64,000 nt of DNA from Chiloscyllium plagiosum (Eukaryota), in the NCBI RefSeq assembly GCF_004010195.1, contig NC_057750.1:12003144-12067143 (forward strand), given 5' to 3'. This document shows, one piece after another, positions 25,606 to 38,580 of this stretch. The translations under genes and the position numbers were made by a program. The stretch's first letter is position 1. Each line of letters starts with the position of its first letter. A model generated the notes under the pieces. The model was not told where the DNA came from. It made no database searches and saw nothing but the letters and a program-made list of their open reading frames with translations.

Positions 25606-27389
25606 GTAAGAACCACATAGAACATATATCGAATATGCAGGCCATTTGGTCCAAAAATTCTATGTTGCATTAATGCTCTGCTTGAGCCTTGTCCATCTCA
25701 CTCTATCAACTTAACCTACACAGAGGTCTTGTGGCACACAGCAGCATTCCTATCTCTGGGTCAGATCCTCATGAGGGCTTGCTGGCTCAGGAAGGAGCAT
25801 TCATAACATACTTTAGCAGACCGATAATCAGCCTGGAAATCCTTCCATCACTATTCTGCAACAGGAAAAATAATAAGTGTGAAGATTTGCTGAAAAAAGT
25901 TACCTATTTCTTTCTCCCTCAAACACTTGATCGGCTTTGCCTTAAAACCAATTTTGAGGTTTGCATCAACACTCCATGTGGTAGCAAGTTCCTCTTTCTT
26001 GAACCTCTGGGTGAGGAAGTTTCTTCTGAATTCCCCATTTGATTGCTTAGTCACAATATTATGTTGACAGTCTTTAGCACTTACCCGTTAGAGCAAATAT
26101 TCTCTCTGTTCCATTCAATCAAAACTTTCCAGAATTATGAAGATCTCAATTCACCCCCCACCCCCAATCTTCTTTGTTCAAGACAGAACTCAATCAGCCT
26201 GTAAATCTTTTCCTAATAAGTATAAACTAATTTCTGGTTTAACCCTTGTAAATCTTACGTATCCTCTCACTGCCTCTATATCCTTTCTATAATATAGTGA
26301 CAGAAATGAATGCAACAGTGATATAACCAAAGTTCTACAGAAGTTTAGAATAACATTTCGACATCCACTTGAGAAGAAGCTAGTCTTCGATTGTATATTT
26401 CATGTGGTAAACAGCACCTTTAACAATGCAGCACTTCCACAGCCTAGAATGGAGCAGGATTTAAACCAACAATGTGCTGAGTTAGAAATGTAAGCTAGAG
26501 TAAATATTTAAGTTTCACCTTACAGCCCATCTTTCCCAGACTATCTAATGGCTCACTGACATCATTCAATGAACAGCCAAACCAAGCAAGGGGAAGCAGA
26601 TTGTTTTTGATTAAGTGATGCCTCTGAAAGCATCACTGTTCAGTCTTGGGATGAACAGAAGGTGAGCCTCATCTAGCATACTCCTCATGATTACTCACCC
26701 TGCTGTGAGTCTGGTGTCAAAGTTCACACGTTGGAACACAGGAAGGGAAGATGGCCACAAAGGCTAGGCTCCTTTGACTTGACTTTCCTATACAAGAAGA
26801 AATAGCTTAGATATTTAGTTGTTCACTGTCAACTTGTTAATTACCTTAAACCCCTCAAATGGAATGCCCCCAAATTCTGGGTTTGGTTTTGGTTGGGGGA
26901 GGTTAGCGGCAGAAAGAGGTGGTGTGTGTTAGTCCCATCCATTCAGCAAAGTCTGATCTCTGATTATCTCACTTGTCCCTACCATTGGACAAAGCTCTTT
27001 GCTCCACTAAGACCATGTGATAGCTGGTGTGCAATAGACATTCCAAATTAATTGAACCCACATATGGGCTCCTTCTGTCACCCCAGAATGAAGTTGAGGG
27101 TCTTGAACATCAAGATTCTCATGGACAACCCCAGCAGTGACTGACCAGAATGTCACATTGTTGTCTTAACCTGGGAAGTTCAGCGCTATGACACTGGCAT
27201 TGCAATCCTGACTGGGACAATGATGGGGAGGAGAAAGCCAGGTCAAAGAACGAGGTGTTGGATGCACTTCTCTTTTGGGAAGCTAAGTCAGGAGAAGACA
27301 AGGGGGTTGGCTTCTACATAAAAATGAATGGTTGATCATCTCAATGCACCCTCCTTAGGATAAAAGAATATCTTTGGATCACTCTAAAT

Positions 27390-28370
27390 CCAGCATGATA
27401 ACAAACAAGCTGTGCTCCTCACCAACAGATCCACCAAAGACCTAATATGAATAAACACTGCAGTCATGCAAGGCTGAGGCATCAAATGAACATAATTCTT
27501 CATTCTCCTCATTGCAACACTCCACCCCATCTCTAAGAACCCTCCTGCAAGAGTGAAACTTCTCTACATGGCAAATGTTCAACATGTGCCTCCAATACAG
27601 ACCCAAGATCACCCCAACCTCTGCCATTGAGTTGCAATATGCACTTGTGTGTGGATATACTGAGAGATCAAGCCCTAAATCAATGTTGACCCAATACATT
27701 CACAGAGGTGGATGAGTGAAGGGGCCTCAGGTTAAACATCTGGAAGAGCCTTCTCACCACCTCTTCACCTTGCACAACACATCCTTCTGTATATGAAAAG
27801 ACATGGATAATGTGGATCATTTCTTATACCTTGGAATACTTCGCTGAGCAAGACCAAACATTGACAATGAACCTCAACATCACCTTCAATGCGCCAGCAC
27901 AGCCTTTGATTGTCAGAGGAAACAAATCCAGCACCAAGTTCATGGTTGACAGGGAAGCCATGCGAGCTGGCCCCTTCTATGCATTGACATGGATTATACA
28001 GAAGATAACTTAAATCCCTAGAGAAGTGTCAACAGAGAAGCTTCCACGAAATCATGCAAATTCATATTGGCACTCCAATATCAGTGTTCCCTCCCAGGCC
28101 AACGTTCCCAGCATTGTGGCACTGTTTTTTTGTCATTCAGCTACATTGGGTGGGCCATATTGTCCATAGGCCTGTCATAAGAATTCAAAAACCAGGTCTC
28201 TACTCCGGGCTTTGTCACAGCAAGCAACAAAGGAAAAAGGTCTTTTTTGAAAAATGGCCATTCCTACCAACATAAGCATCTTTTGCTCAAGACCATCCAA
28301 ATAGCAGAAGAAGCATTCATTGAAGGCATCAACTATTTCCAACATCTCAAACAGGCCCAGGTACAGACAG
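27390..28370 (+). mobile_element. Old RTE-clade LINE, decayed RT/3' region
   Basis: ELQYA remnant at ~27629 and QLHWVGHIVHRPVIRIQKPGLYSGLCHSK (cf. RTE QLRWAGHVVRM...KQVLYSEL). Confidence 0.7.
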
Positions 28371-28644
28371 AGGAAGGAGTATGAGTATGAAATAAAGTGT
28401 TGTTAGTACTTGGTTTGTTTCACTCTTGGACAGTAAGTTGGAAATATCAAATCTACCTGTCAACATTTTTCAGTTAATAACTGGGATTTCGAATTCCTGT
28501 TTTAAAAGTTAATGCCCTCTCACGCTGTCCTCCCTCTCACCTTCTTTATCCTCTCAATCCTGAGGGGGGGTGGAGGCTCAAGGTGTTTGTTGCCTGTGGC
28601 TCTGTGTGTGTGTGTGTGTTTGGGGAGGGGAGAGGGACTCCAGT

Positions 28645-28760
28645 CAAGATGTCACGCGCGCTCCCGCAGCCACCGTCCCGGCGGCGCGCGCGACCCGCCG
28701 CGTGCCCGCGACCGAGCGGTTCCGCGTGCCCGACTGAAGCGGAGGAAGCAGCTGCGCTGC
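28645..28760. promoter_or_regulatory. Small CpG island, probable promoter
   Basis: The densest CpG cluster in an otherwise CpG-depleted window (cgcgcgcgacccgccgcgtgcccgcg). It does not resemble any repeat seen elsewhere here. Confidence 0.7.
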
Positions 28761-28792
28761 TCCAGGGTTTATACAGGAGAAGCTGCAGGCAG
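28680..28792 (+). other. Probable non-coding first exon of an unidentified host gene
   Basis: Strong donor CAG|GTAAGA (GT at 28793) just downstream of the CpG island, followed by a pyrimidine-rich tract. The exon start is unknown. Confidence 0.55.
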
Positions 28793-28814
28793 GTAAGAGA
28801 GCGGGTTCCTGGGA

Positions 28815-29190
28815 GAGCCTTTCCCCTCCACCCCTCACTCTCCCCTTCCCTCTGTCACTCAAGTCTCAGCCCGACCTCGCAACCCGATGAAGAGCACAGG
28901 GTTCTGTCTTTTTCTCTCTCTTGTCTTTCCATCTCTCCATCAGTGTTTTCATCTTTCTCCCCCATCGAACCCCCATCACCTCCCCCTGTCTATTTGTCTG
29001 TGTGTTCCTCTGCCCTCCCCTCTCACTCAGTTCGCTCCTGCCCCCTCAAGCTCTGTTCCCCTCCGTCTCTGTGGTCCCTCTTCTCCCCGCCGTCTCTTTT
29101 TTTCCCCATCAATCAGTGTATTTGTCTTCGTGTCGTTCTCTTTGCGTCTCTTTCTCGTTCCTTCAGTCTCTCCCTATACCTTCTTCTGGC
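28815..29190 (+). repeat. CT-rich low-complexity tract
   Basis: Strong pyrimidine bias. Confidence 0.7.
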
Positions 29191-30022
29191 AGTTCTTGGT
29201 TAATGTGTTGAGAAGTTGGGCTATGTTCTGATATTGATGCAACTGGTTTCAGGGTAGAGTGCTGGGCAGTGCCAGTCTCTGTCTCCCTTTGTTGCCCAAT
29301 TGCTTGCTCACTAGTCTGACAGATCCTCACTGGAGATCCCTGTTCAGATTGCTATTTTTCTCTAATGTTGTCACAGGGAGAGTAAAACTGAAGAAAGACT
29401 GTTTATGGATACCAACACGTGTTTATTTAAACTGACCTCTTCATCGATTGAATCTGAGCATTTTACTCCTGACTTGCTTTTATTTGTATTTAATGCTGGT
29501 AGCCTGTATTCTACAGTGAAGATTTTTAAGTGTCACTTATCCTTTTGCCCTCATCCCCTTGCAAATTACTGCCTTTCCCTCACTACCTTTCATTGCCCTC
29601 ACAGTACTCAGTGGGGCTGTATTTGTCAGCAATGATCAGGAGCGCAAGGTTGACCAGTGCTGACACTCTGTTCCCTCTGTTGCTCTTAACACCTTTCACA
29701 GTGACAGCCTCCTGGATCAGATGTGTAAACCTTCCCACAGCTTTAAACAGCTCCTCGAGATTATGAAAGTTAAACTGTTTTTCAATCTGTAATTTCCAGT
29801 GTTCAACTAGATTCATTCTTAAACCCAGAGATGCAAAGCAGAGAAGGTTTCAAAACAATAGGATTTCTTCAAAAAGGGACATTGTTCACCCTTCATATCT
29901 GTGATGGCTTGTTCGAAGGGGCATGTAACTGGTCCAACTCCCTTACTTTTTGCCCATAACATTGCACTTTCCCAATGTATCCAATTCCCTTTTAAAATTC
30001 TAACTGCATTTGCTTCCAATAC

Positions 30023-30042
30023 GTGTGTGTGTGTGTGTGTGT
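30023..30042 (+). repeat. (TG)n microsatellite
   Basis: About 10 TG units. A similar run lies at 28603-28619. Confidence 0.9.
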
Positions 30043-31501
30043 CGGGGGGTGGGGGACAGGTGTGTTTGGGGCAGGCAGTGGGGGGAAGTATTCTTCTCTA
30101 TTTCTGACTTATAGAGATGACCTTTAGGTAAATTGACTTCCATTTCTCCAGTCTCTGAGGTTTTTGCAAACAGATTTTAAATGAATTCTTAGAATTGTTT
30201 TATGGAAACGTTCTTTTTTTGATTTAAAAATAATTTTTGTGCATGACTGCATTTCTGACAATAAATTTAATGTGTAGTTTTAATATTTTGTATGAAGTTC
30301 TCTGCTGTACTTTGGAATTGTGCCTATTTCTTGTTCTATTCACCAAACACATCCTGCTTGATTGATATTCTATGTATCACAATGATCTGTTCTCAGTGTT
30401 TTGTAACATACTTAGCTGTTATGTGCACTATTATCAGTCACTGCATTGTGGGTTCTGTCATGATAGACCATGGTTTGAAGTCTCTGGTTATATCTGTCAG
30501 ACTCTACCTTCCATTTGCCAACATTGCTCCTTTATTGTGCTTCCTCTGGATTCAAAAGGGGTTTTTTGCAACTGGAAAAATCAGTCATGCAGTCAGTTTG
30601 AAGTAGGCTTTACTAATTGTTTAACATATTAAATAGATGTTAAGATATTAACTACATACAAATTCCAATCATACTAAGCTCATACAACATAAAAAAAAAT
30701 GAATGTTTGGACCAAGTTTCCAAGGGCAGTAATAGAAGATAATAGGGCTGTTCAAAATTGTTATTATGTGGAACTTAGGATTTCATTCAGCCCATCCAAT
30801 GTTCCATTCCATTAGACCATAGCGGATCTGTTGCTCAGCTTAAATTGAACTTGTTTCCATTTCTCACAATGTTTATCTAATAAAAATCCATCAGATTCAA
30901 TTTTGGTATTGCCTTCCAGCTTTGATTAGCAGGGAGAGCTTTCTGGATTTCTACTAGCTTTCGTGTGAAGAAGTACCTCTTAACATCACTGCTGAACAAT
31001 CTTGTTAATGTTAAACTCATGAGTTTGGACTCGCCTACTGAAGCCAGTAGCTTTTCCCTTGACCCTACTAAATTCTTTTGGACACCTTGACCAAATCATT
31101 CCTGAACTTTCTATACCTTCATTCATGTCTGCTATACCCGAAGCCAGGTCACTTGCTTGTTGTCTGCTGATGCTTCACTCTGAGTGGGTTTTTGCAGTGG
31201 GGGTGTAACCATTTACTTTCCCTCTCAGGGTAAGATGAGGAGGCAGGTCCTCAGTCTACCTCAGCAAGAACAGGAATAAAAATCCACAGTATTCGTATTG
31301 TTCTGACCACATGTAGCTAACTGAGCTAACAAGTGCACTGTTAACTTTTTATGCAAAGTGTTGCAAATCTAACCCTGCATACTGCCAGTAGTGATTGTAA
31401 CGAGGTCAGCCAGGTGGACCTCATAGAATATGAGTTCCCTGATTGGGGCTATTAATCTAGTCTAATCAGGGAGCCTTGGCTGACAGATATAAACAGGAGT
31501 G

Positions 31502-32077
31502 AGCCCATTGGTACATAGGGGCAGACCGAGAGCCAGAAGGCGGGTAGCCGTCCTCAGCGCTGTCACCCCGGGCAGGTACCGGGGCGGGCTGCCCCAGAGG
31601 TGGTCGAAAGGTGCTGAGGGTGGTTAGTGAAGCCGGAAGGTGGGTAGGCCATCCTGACCGCTGTCACCCCGGGTGGGTACTGGGGCGGGCTGTCCTAGAG
31701 GTGGTTGAAAGGTGTGTCAGGGCGGGCCAATAACTGGAAGGGGCATGGGGTGGACCGAGAACCGGAAGGTGGGTAGGGGCGGGCTGCCTTAGAGTGGTCG
31801 GAAGGTGGGAGGGGCGGGGCTTGCTGGGTCTGTATTGTCTGCACTTTTGTATGTAACAGTACTGTCTAATGTACAACTGTCACTGCTGTTGTCTCTTTAT
31901 ATCTTTGTGAAACTGGGATTTGAGGTTTGTCCTCATGTCCCTGTAAACTGTTTGAATGGTAGGGTTTGGGGCCTGGCATTGCTGCTCCTCTCCCTTGTAA
32001 AATTGCTGTCTCTTGTATGCAGCTGTAAATGTAACTGTTTGTTGTAAACTGTTTTTGTAATTTGTTTAATAAAATAA
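31502..32077 (+). mobile_element. 5'-truncated non-LTR insertion 1 inside the LTR
   Basis: Bounded by direct repeats tataaacaggagtg and ending in ttgtttAATAAAata. Confidence 0.7.
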
Positions 32078-32093
32078 TATAAACAGGAGTGTC

Positions 32094-32240
32094 TTGTCCT
32101 CATTTCCCTGAAAACCGGTTGAATGTCAGGGTTTGGGGCTAGGCTTTGCCATTCCCCTCGTAAAATTGTTGTCTCTCTGTATACAGTTGTAAATGTTAAT
32201 TGTTTTGTGAACTGTGAATTGTTTAATAAAATATAAAAAA
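32094..32240 (+). mobile_element. 5'-truncated non-LTR insertion 2 inside the LTR
   Basis: Diverged homologue of 31927-32077. Ends in AATAAA plus an A-tail and is flanked by caggagtgtc repeats. Confidence 0.7.
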
Positions 32241-32372
32241 AACCAGGAGTGTCAGAGGTTCTCTCCACTCTGAGCACTGGCTCTGAGGAAGCCAGACCAG
32301 TATCAAGTACTAAGCACATGTAAATAGAGGGTGATTTGGTAATGGGATACCGGCCTCTGTGGAGTGATTTCA

Positions 32373-33903
32373 GTGGCTACAAGAGGAAAAAAAAATGCAT
32401 TCCTGAAGAAGCTCATTTGTAACAGTTGTCTTTGAATTGGGGTAAACATTTCTGGCATCATGCCGTTATTTGGGAAGCTTGATTCGTTCAATCCTGCTGT
32501 TGAAGACTAGGGGCTCAATAGGTGGAAAGAATGTGTTATTTTTTCCGGGCACCTGACATTGGGGCAGATGAAAAGCAACAAGTAATTCCTCAGACAGCAT
32601 GTGGACCTGCAGCCTTTCTGGTTGCTAGGAGCCAATGTTTCCTGAGGCAACAGATACTAAAACCTTTCAAGAGTTGATGGATTTAGTTAAGCAATGTACG
32701 ATTCCAAGCCTTCTCTAATCCTGAGGCCCTGTCAGTTTTACTTGGCAGTTCGAGAGCCAGGAGAGTCCGTGTCGGGACTTAAGACAACTGGCAGAGGCAT
32801 GTGACTTTTGTTTAACCATTAATGAGATGCTGAGAAACTGTTTGGTGTGTGGGATTACTGATGTAACCATGCAAAAGCATCTACTAGCTGAAGTCCAACT
32901 CGACTTTAAACAGACACTTCAATGGCTTTATCATTAGAAAATGCAGCAGGTGGAGAATATGAGTTACAGGATATTATGTTGGGAGTGGACACCTTCACCA
33001 GGCCGACTAAACTTGGGGGACACCACTTCAGTGAAGCCAATTGCAAAACCACACTCAGGACACAGCTTGAACTGAGGGACTCTAGGTCAGCCCACAGCAA
33101 AACCCCAAAACAAAGCTAAGCCTCAGCCAAATGGTTGAAATTTTCTTCAGGATACAGGCCATCAAGCTATTATAGCTTCTGCTGGTATGTGGCCTTGAGA
33201 CAGCAAAGGAGGCCCACTAGGCCTGAATTGAGTAAGAGAATATATAGGCCGATATCCAGGAGAGTGCATTCCCTGGAAAGCCAACCTACATCTGGCTTGG
33301 AATGGTCAAAAATACTTAGCAACATCCAAATCATAACCAATCAAAATAAACGTTTGGTTAAATGGTTAAATTGGCGTTGCGGTATCAGCATTTTCAGAAC
33401 CAATCTTTGACAATGTTCGCTCTGGACTCCAATCCTTACATTTGTGTAAGACCTTGGCTAAACTGACAGCCTATGATGAAGACCCTTCACAGATGAAGAG
33501 TACAACTTTGGTTCTGGTCTCACATGAGAAGCAGCTGGTTCAGTTACCACTGATTGCCATAAAAGGCTCGGGTCCAAGCCTGACAGGGTGAAATTGAGAA
33601 AGATTCATCTTGATTTACTCAATATTTTTCATTTAGAAAATGGCTGCCTGAGTGAAGTCCGGGAAGCTTTTCATGAAGGTCAAGGAACTGTCAAAGGAGT
33701 TAAGGCCACCTTGCATGTTGACCATGAAGCAATTCCAAGATTCTGCAAGTCTCTGTCATTTACCTAATACGCAACAGTAGAGGCAGAAATCAGGAGGCTG
33801 GGAAACTGATGGAATCATCAAACCAGTACAGTTTGCCGAGTAGACTGACTGTGAAGTCTGTCAGGTCAGTTTGTCTTTGGTGGGGATTTTAAACAAACCG
33901 TAC
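32373..33903 (+). mobile_element. Degenerate Gypsy internal region (gag, protease region, start of RT), 3'-truncated
   Basis: ATG at 32460 gives MPLFGKLDSFNPAVED*. Also NEMLRNCLVCGITDVTMQKHLLAE (32821-), GTVKGVKATLHVDHEAIPRFCK (33684-), GIIKPVQFAE and GDFKQTV, with many stops and frameshifts. Confidence 0.85.
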
Positions 33904-34959
33904 AGCTTTTGTTTTCAATTTGTAGAAATTCTGCTTGAAGTTAGATGCATGGTTCTCCTTGAGAAAGGAGTCCGTTCATACAAGTTAGAAAATAGGTTAC
34001 ATCAGTGTAAGTGTTTTTGCTTGAAAGTTTCAGACCAGAAGTATTTGTTTAGAAGCCTGAAGGGTTTACTGGAAGCTGAGAAAGTCTAAACTCAATTCTG
34101 TGACTATTCAAGGAAGAGACTATCAAAATTTCAAGACGAGAGATTGAAAGGAATTATTAAAACTATAGCTGTTGGAAAGAAGCAAACTCTCTTTGATGTT
34201 TGAGTACTGTAATGCGAAGGTGGTGAAAGATGGAATTGTATTTTTACTGTGATTTGAAATCTTTCAAATTGTTTTATATGTAAATAGCTTGATTTATTCT
34301 ATTTTACTTTCTCTACTTCTGCATTTTATTATTTAAATCAGATCTGCATCATTGCATGCTTGTGGTTCAGTGAAAGAGCACTTTGTTGAATTTGTAAAAA
34401 TATGATTGATCAAACCAGAGTTCATTGTGGGTATCTTACCTATCCAATCATAACATCAGCTGGAATCATAATACCTGATATTTTCCAGGCTACAATGTGC
34501 ATTTGAAAATGTATGTTGCCAGAACAATTTCAGCTCATTGGTTGGAGGGGAGGTTGATTGAATCAACTGGATGGTCAGTGTGGATCTGATTGGTACAAAC
34601 AACATTTGGTTCTATTTTCCCCTTTTCCAATTGGATTAGGGACCTCACTCCTTCCCTACCCATTGGGAAGGCTGCTATCCTGTGGACTGCATCTGCCTTC
34701 AGTCAGAGAACTGAAGAAGGGGGAGTCCTGATATAATTGTGGAACGATTTGGGGAAATTGTATGATATTTTATAATGGGTGAAATACAATTGTAAAAGGA
34801 TGGGCAGAATATTTTGTTTGTTTGGTCATAATCTTTTTGTGGCCTTGGATGACAGCTTCAAAAATTGCAGAAAATCTAGCTAATACTAAGACAGGAGTTA
34901 GTTAAAGGAACTAATATATAATACAGATGAGTTGACTATTATCCTTTAGCTAATGAAAA

Positions 34960-35780
34960 AGGACACATTCCAGAAGGCATTGCTAGGAATAGGGCTTTTT
35001 CTGATTCATTGGATGAGGGAACCAAGCGTAATATATTACGCAGATGATACAAAGTTAGGTGGAGAAATAAGTTTGCTGAAGACACTGAGAGGTGCCGAAG
35101 TGATGTGGACAGATGATGGACCTGCAGATACTGGGTAGAGGTGGCGGAGAATGATGCGATGAATGTGGAGGTTGGTGGGGTGGAAGGTGAGGACCAGGGA
35201 GGCTCTGTCCTTGTTGCGTTGGGAGAGGTGGGGTTCATGGGCGGAGGTACGGGAAGTTGAGGAGATGCGCTGGAGGGCATCGTCGACCACGTGGGAAAGA
35301 AAATTGCAATCTTGGAAGAAGGAAGACATCTGGGATTTTCTAAGGTGAAATTCATCATCCTGGGAACAGATGCAGCAGAGGCGAAGGAATTTGGAATAAG
35401 GGATGGCATTTTTACAGGACGTAGGGTGGGAGGAGGCGTAATCCAGGTAGCTGGGGTGCCGGTGGGCTTGTTGTAGATGGCGGATGAAGCAGATGATGGA
35501 CCTGGGCAGGAATGCAGTACATCGAATATAATGAGGGGAAAATTGTGATGTTATGAATTTTGATCAGAAAAGCAGACTATTTTTAAATGGTTGGAAAGCT
35601 GTGGGTGTGCAATTGTTGAGTATACCCAAGACAGAGATCAGCAGACATTTTGGGTATTGAAAAAAAACTAAGGATATGAGGACAGTGAGAGAAGGTGGGT
35701 TGAAGTAGAAAGTCAGCCATGATTTTATTGAAAGACAGAGTAGGCTTGAAGAGATAAATGGCCGACACCTGCTTCTATTC
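34960..35780 (+). mobile_element. Old CR1-type LINE fragment
   Basis: YYADDTKLGG catalytic motif at ~35032 and a decayed tail. Confidence 0.7.
35125..35489 (-). mobile_element. Penelope-like internal fragment inserted in CR1
   Basis: 15-bp TSD cagatgatggacctg (35110-35124, 35490-35504). Minus ORF SSFFQDCNFLSHVVDDALQRISSTSR...LVLTFHPTNLHIHRII. Confidence 0.85.
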
Positions 35781-37139
35781 CTCAAATTTCTCATGAATGG
35801 AGAACACAAACCTATGAAACGTGGGCAAGAAATAACCTACAAACAAGTCAGAAGACATCCATTATAAATAAAAGAAAGCTCTAAAACAATTGAAAGTACA
35901 AACAGAAGGATGTCATTCACACATTCCCTCAAGTCTGTTCCTTCATTCTGTGAGATCATGATTGATTGGTAGCTCAATTCCATTTTCCCACCTTTGCTTT
36001 ATAGCCCTCAACACTCTTATCAAACTATCAACTTGAGTCTTAGAAACAATAGTTGGCCCTTAACAGAGAATCACAAAATTGTTGCAGCTTTGAAGGAGTC
36101 GGTTCAGTCTGTTGTGTCTGCACCAGCTCTCTGTAGGAGCAATTTACTGAATGCCACATCCCTCCTTCTCCCATCTACAGTCTTGAGGGAGATAGTTCCA
36201 TATTACCATAGTCTTGTCTGAAGAAATGCTCATGATTGAACTTCCATTAGTGTCATAGTCATTATGGCACAAAAGGAGGTAATTCGTTCCATCCAGTCCA
36301 CATTGGCTCTCCTATTAGGAATCCAGTCAGTCCCATTCCCTCACTCCATCTCCTGAAAGCTTATTGTCCTTAAGTATCCAAACAATTTGTGTTTCAAATC
36401 GCTCCTCATCTCTGCTCCAGCAGCCTCATTGTTAGTGAGTTCCAGGCCATTGCTACTCAGTATGCAAAATGTTTCACCCCTAGATCTCATAAGGTCAGCT
36501 AATGGGAACAACTTTCTTTGTCTACCTTATCAAAACCTGTCATAACCTTATGTATCTCCATCAGCTCTCCCTCAATCTCCATTGTCCCAAGGAAACCAAC
36601 CCCAGCTCCCTAACACTGTAGCTAAAGTCCTCCAATCCTGGAAACAGTCTGGGAATCTCAGTTGCCCTCTTTTAAGGATCATCACATCTTTCCTGGAGTG
36701 TCCTGACCGGAACTGAATGCAATAATCTAATTAAATTTCTGTTTCTGCTTGTGTTTGGGTGGACTAACGCATGTTAAGAGATTCTGTCATCTGAATTATC
36801 TTCCATTAAGCATGCCTTAGCAAAGCTGAGTGTCAATGATTTATTATTGCTCCATGTCTCCCAGTTTAAATTTAAAATTCAGAAAGGAATATCTTTGGCC
36901 TTTATCAAAAAAAAAGGACTGTGATGCCCTGTGGCAATTACCATTGTAGTTTTTATACCTCATTCACCTGACAGACTCTCATGCAAAAATAAGCAAATGA
37001 AATTCTATTGATTTCTCTTTATATTGATTGAACTGTCTAGAAACCTTTCAATTGGAACTGAGTTTGCTGGCAGATTGAGTGTTCCATTGGCACAGACAGA
37101 AGCAGTAATAAGAACGTTGGGAGGTTGTAGGTGTGAGTG

Positions 37140-37970
37140 GATATAAGAACATAGGAGCAGGTGTAGGCCATCTGGCCTGCTCCACCTTTCAATAAGATCA
37201 TGGCTGATCTTTTTGTGACCTCAGCGTCACTAACCCACCCGCTCACCATAACTCTTAATTCCTTCACTGTTCAAAAATCTGCCTTTCTCTTAGAAACATT
37301 CAATGAGATAGCCTTAACTACTTCAACGGGCAGGGAATTCCATTGCTTCATAATCCATCGGGTGAAGAATTTCTTCCTCAAATCAGTCCTAAATCTGCTG
37401 TCCCTTATTTTGAGGCTATGCCCCTTAGTTCTGATTAGATTACTTACAGTGTGGAAACAGGCCCTTCAGCCCAACAAGTCCACACCGACCCTCCGAAGAG
37501 CAACCCACCCAGACCCATTCCCTTACACCTCACACTACGAGCAATTTAGCATGACCAGTTCACCTAACGTGCACATTTTTGGACCGTGGGAGGAAACCCA
37601 CACAGACACAGGGAGAATATGCAAACTCCACACAGACAGTTGCCTGAGGTGGGAATTGAACCCGGGTCTCTGGCGCTGTGAGGCAGTGGTGCTAACCACT
37701 GTGCCACCTTGCCGCTTCACCTGTCAGTGGAAACAATCTCCCTGCTTCGATTTCATCCATTCCCGACATAATTCCATATGTATCTATCAGATTCCCCCCT
37801 CGTTCTTCTAAATTCCACTGAGTATAGTCCCAGTCTAATTAATCGCTCCTCATAAGCCAACCTTCTCAATTTCGGAATCAACCTCGTGAACCTCCTCTGC
37901 ACCTCCTCCAGTGCCAGTACATCCTTTCACAAGTAAGGAGACCAAAACTGTACACGATACTCCAGTTTCA
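37140..37970 (-). mobile_element. CR1-type LINE 3' end interrupted by a HE1 SINE (37432-37714, minus)
   Basis: ataagaacataggagcagg tail, decayed RT C-terminus and a complete HE1 inside. Confidence 0.85.
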
Positions 37971-38419
37971 TGTAGATGGACCACCATCTTGTAATTCACA
38001 GGCACATCAGAGAGGTGTGGCAATTTTTATAATGGCTGGGTTTCTGTGAATTTTAAAATGATATGTTGCAAAAACTACCACCCCCTTCTTTATTGTGCCA
38101 CATTTGTCAAAAGGACTGAAGTCTCGGGAGTTAGAAAATGAATACATGCATGGGAGTATGAGAACATTTTTCAGTTATTTTGCAGCTGCTTTATTTCAAG
38201 CGTATGATAGGCAGACTAATTCAGAAGCACCAAACTGAAGTCATTGTGGTAGGTTCGGTTATGTGGATGGATGAGAAGTTAGCACTGTTCTCTTTGAGGA
38301 AGAAAAAAATTGAGAGGAGATTTAACAGAGGTATTTAAAACCATAAAGGGTCTACAGAGTTAATAGAAAAAAAAACTGTTCGTATTGCTGTGATGGTCAA
38401 GAACCCTGAACTGAATAGC

Positions 38420-38580
38420 TGTGGCAGATGGTGTCATAGTGATCATGTCACTGGATTAGTAATCCAGAGGCACAGGCTAAAGTACTGGGATATGAGTTCA
38501 AATACCACAGTGGCAGCTGGTGGAATTTAAATTTGATTAATAAAATCTGGAATAAAAAGCTACTTTCGATAACGGTGACC
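38420..38580 (+). mobile_element. tRNA-headed SINE fragment (non-HE1)
   Basis: tagtaatccagagg...gagttcaaatacc...ggtggaatttaaatt, with a related piece at ~57420-57570. Confidence 0.5.

Larger units (their letters stand above)
31396..32372 (+). mobile_element. 5' LTR of a Gypsy-type retrotransposon (about 230 bp once two insertions are removed)
   Basis: TGtaac start, TATAAA at 31488, ...atttCA end, immediately followed by gTGG (PBS-like) and gag. Confidence 0.8.

Noticed and set aside
28512..29231. Overlapping ORFs up to 206 aa at the CpG island
   Set aside because: Stop-poor because of GC- and CT-rich composition. They read through a strong splice donor.
31488..32253. CRISPR-like repeat-spacer reading of the CAGGAG repeats
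   Set aside because: Eukaryotic context, irregular long spacers with poly(A) signals and no cas genes. Better explained as TSDs.
37200..37811. 203-aa plus-strand ORF
   Set aside because: Antisense read-through of CR1 and HE1 SINE sequence.
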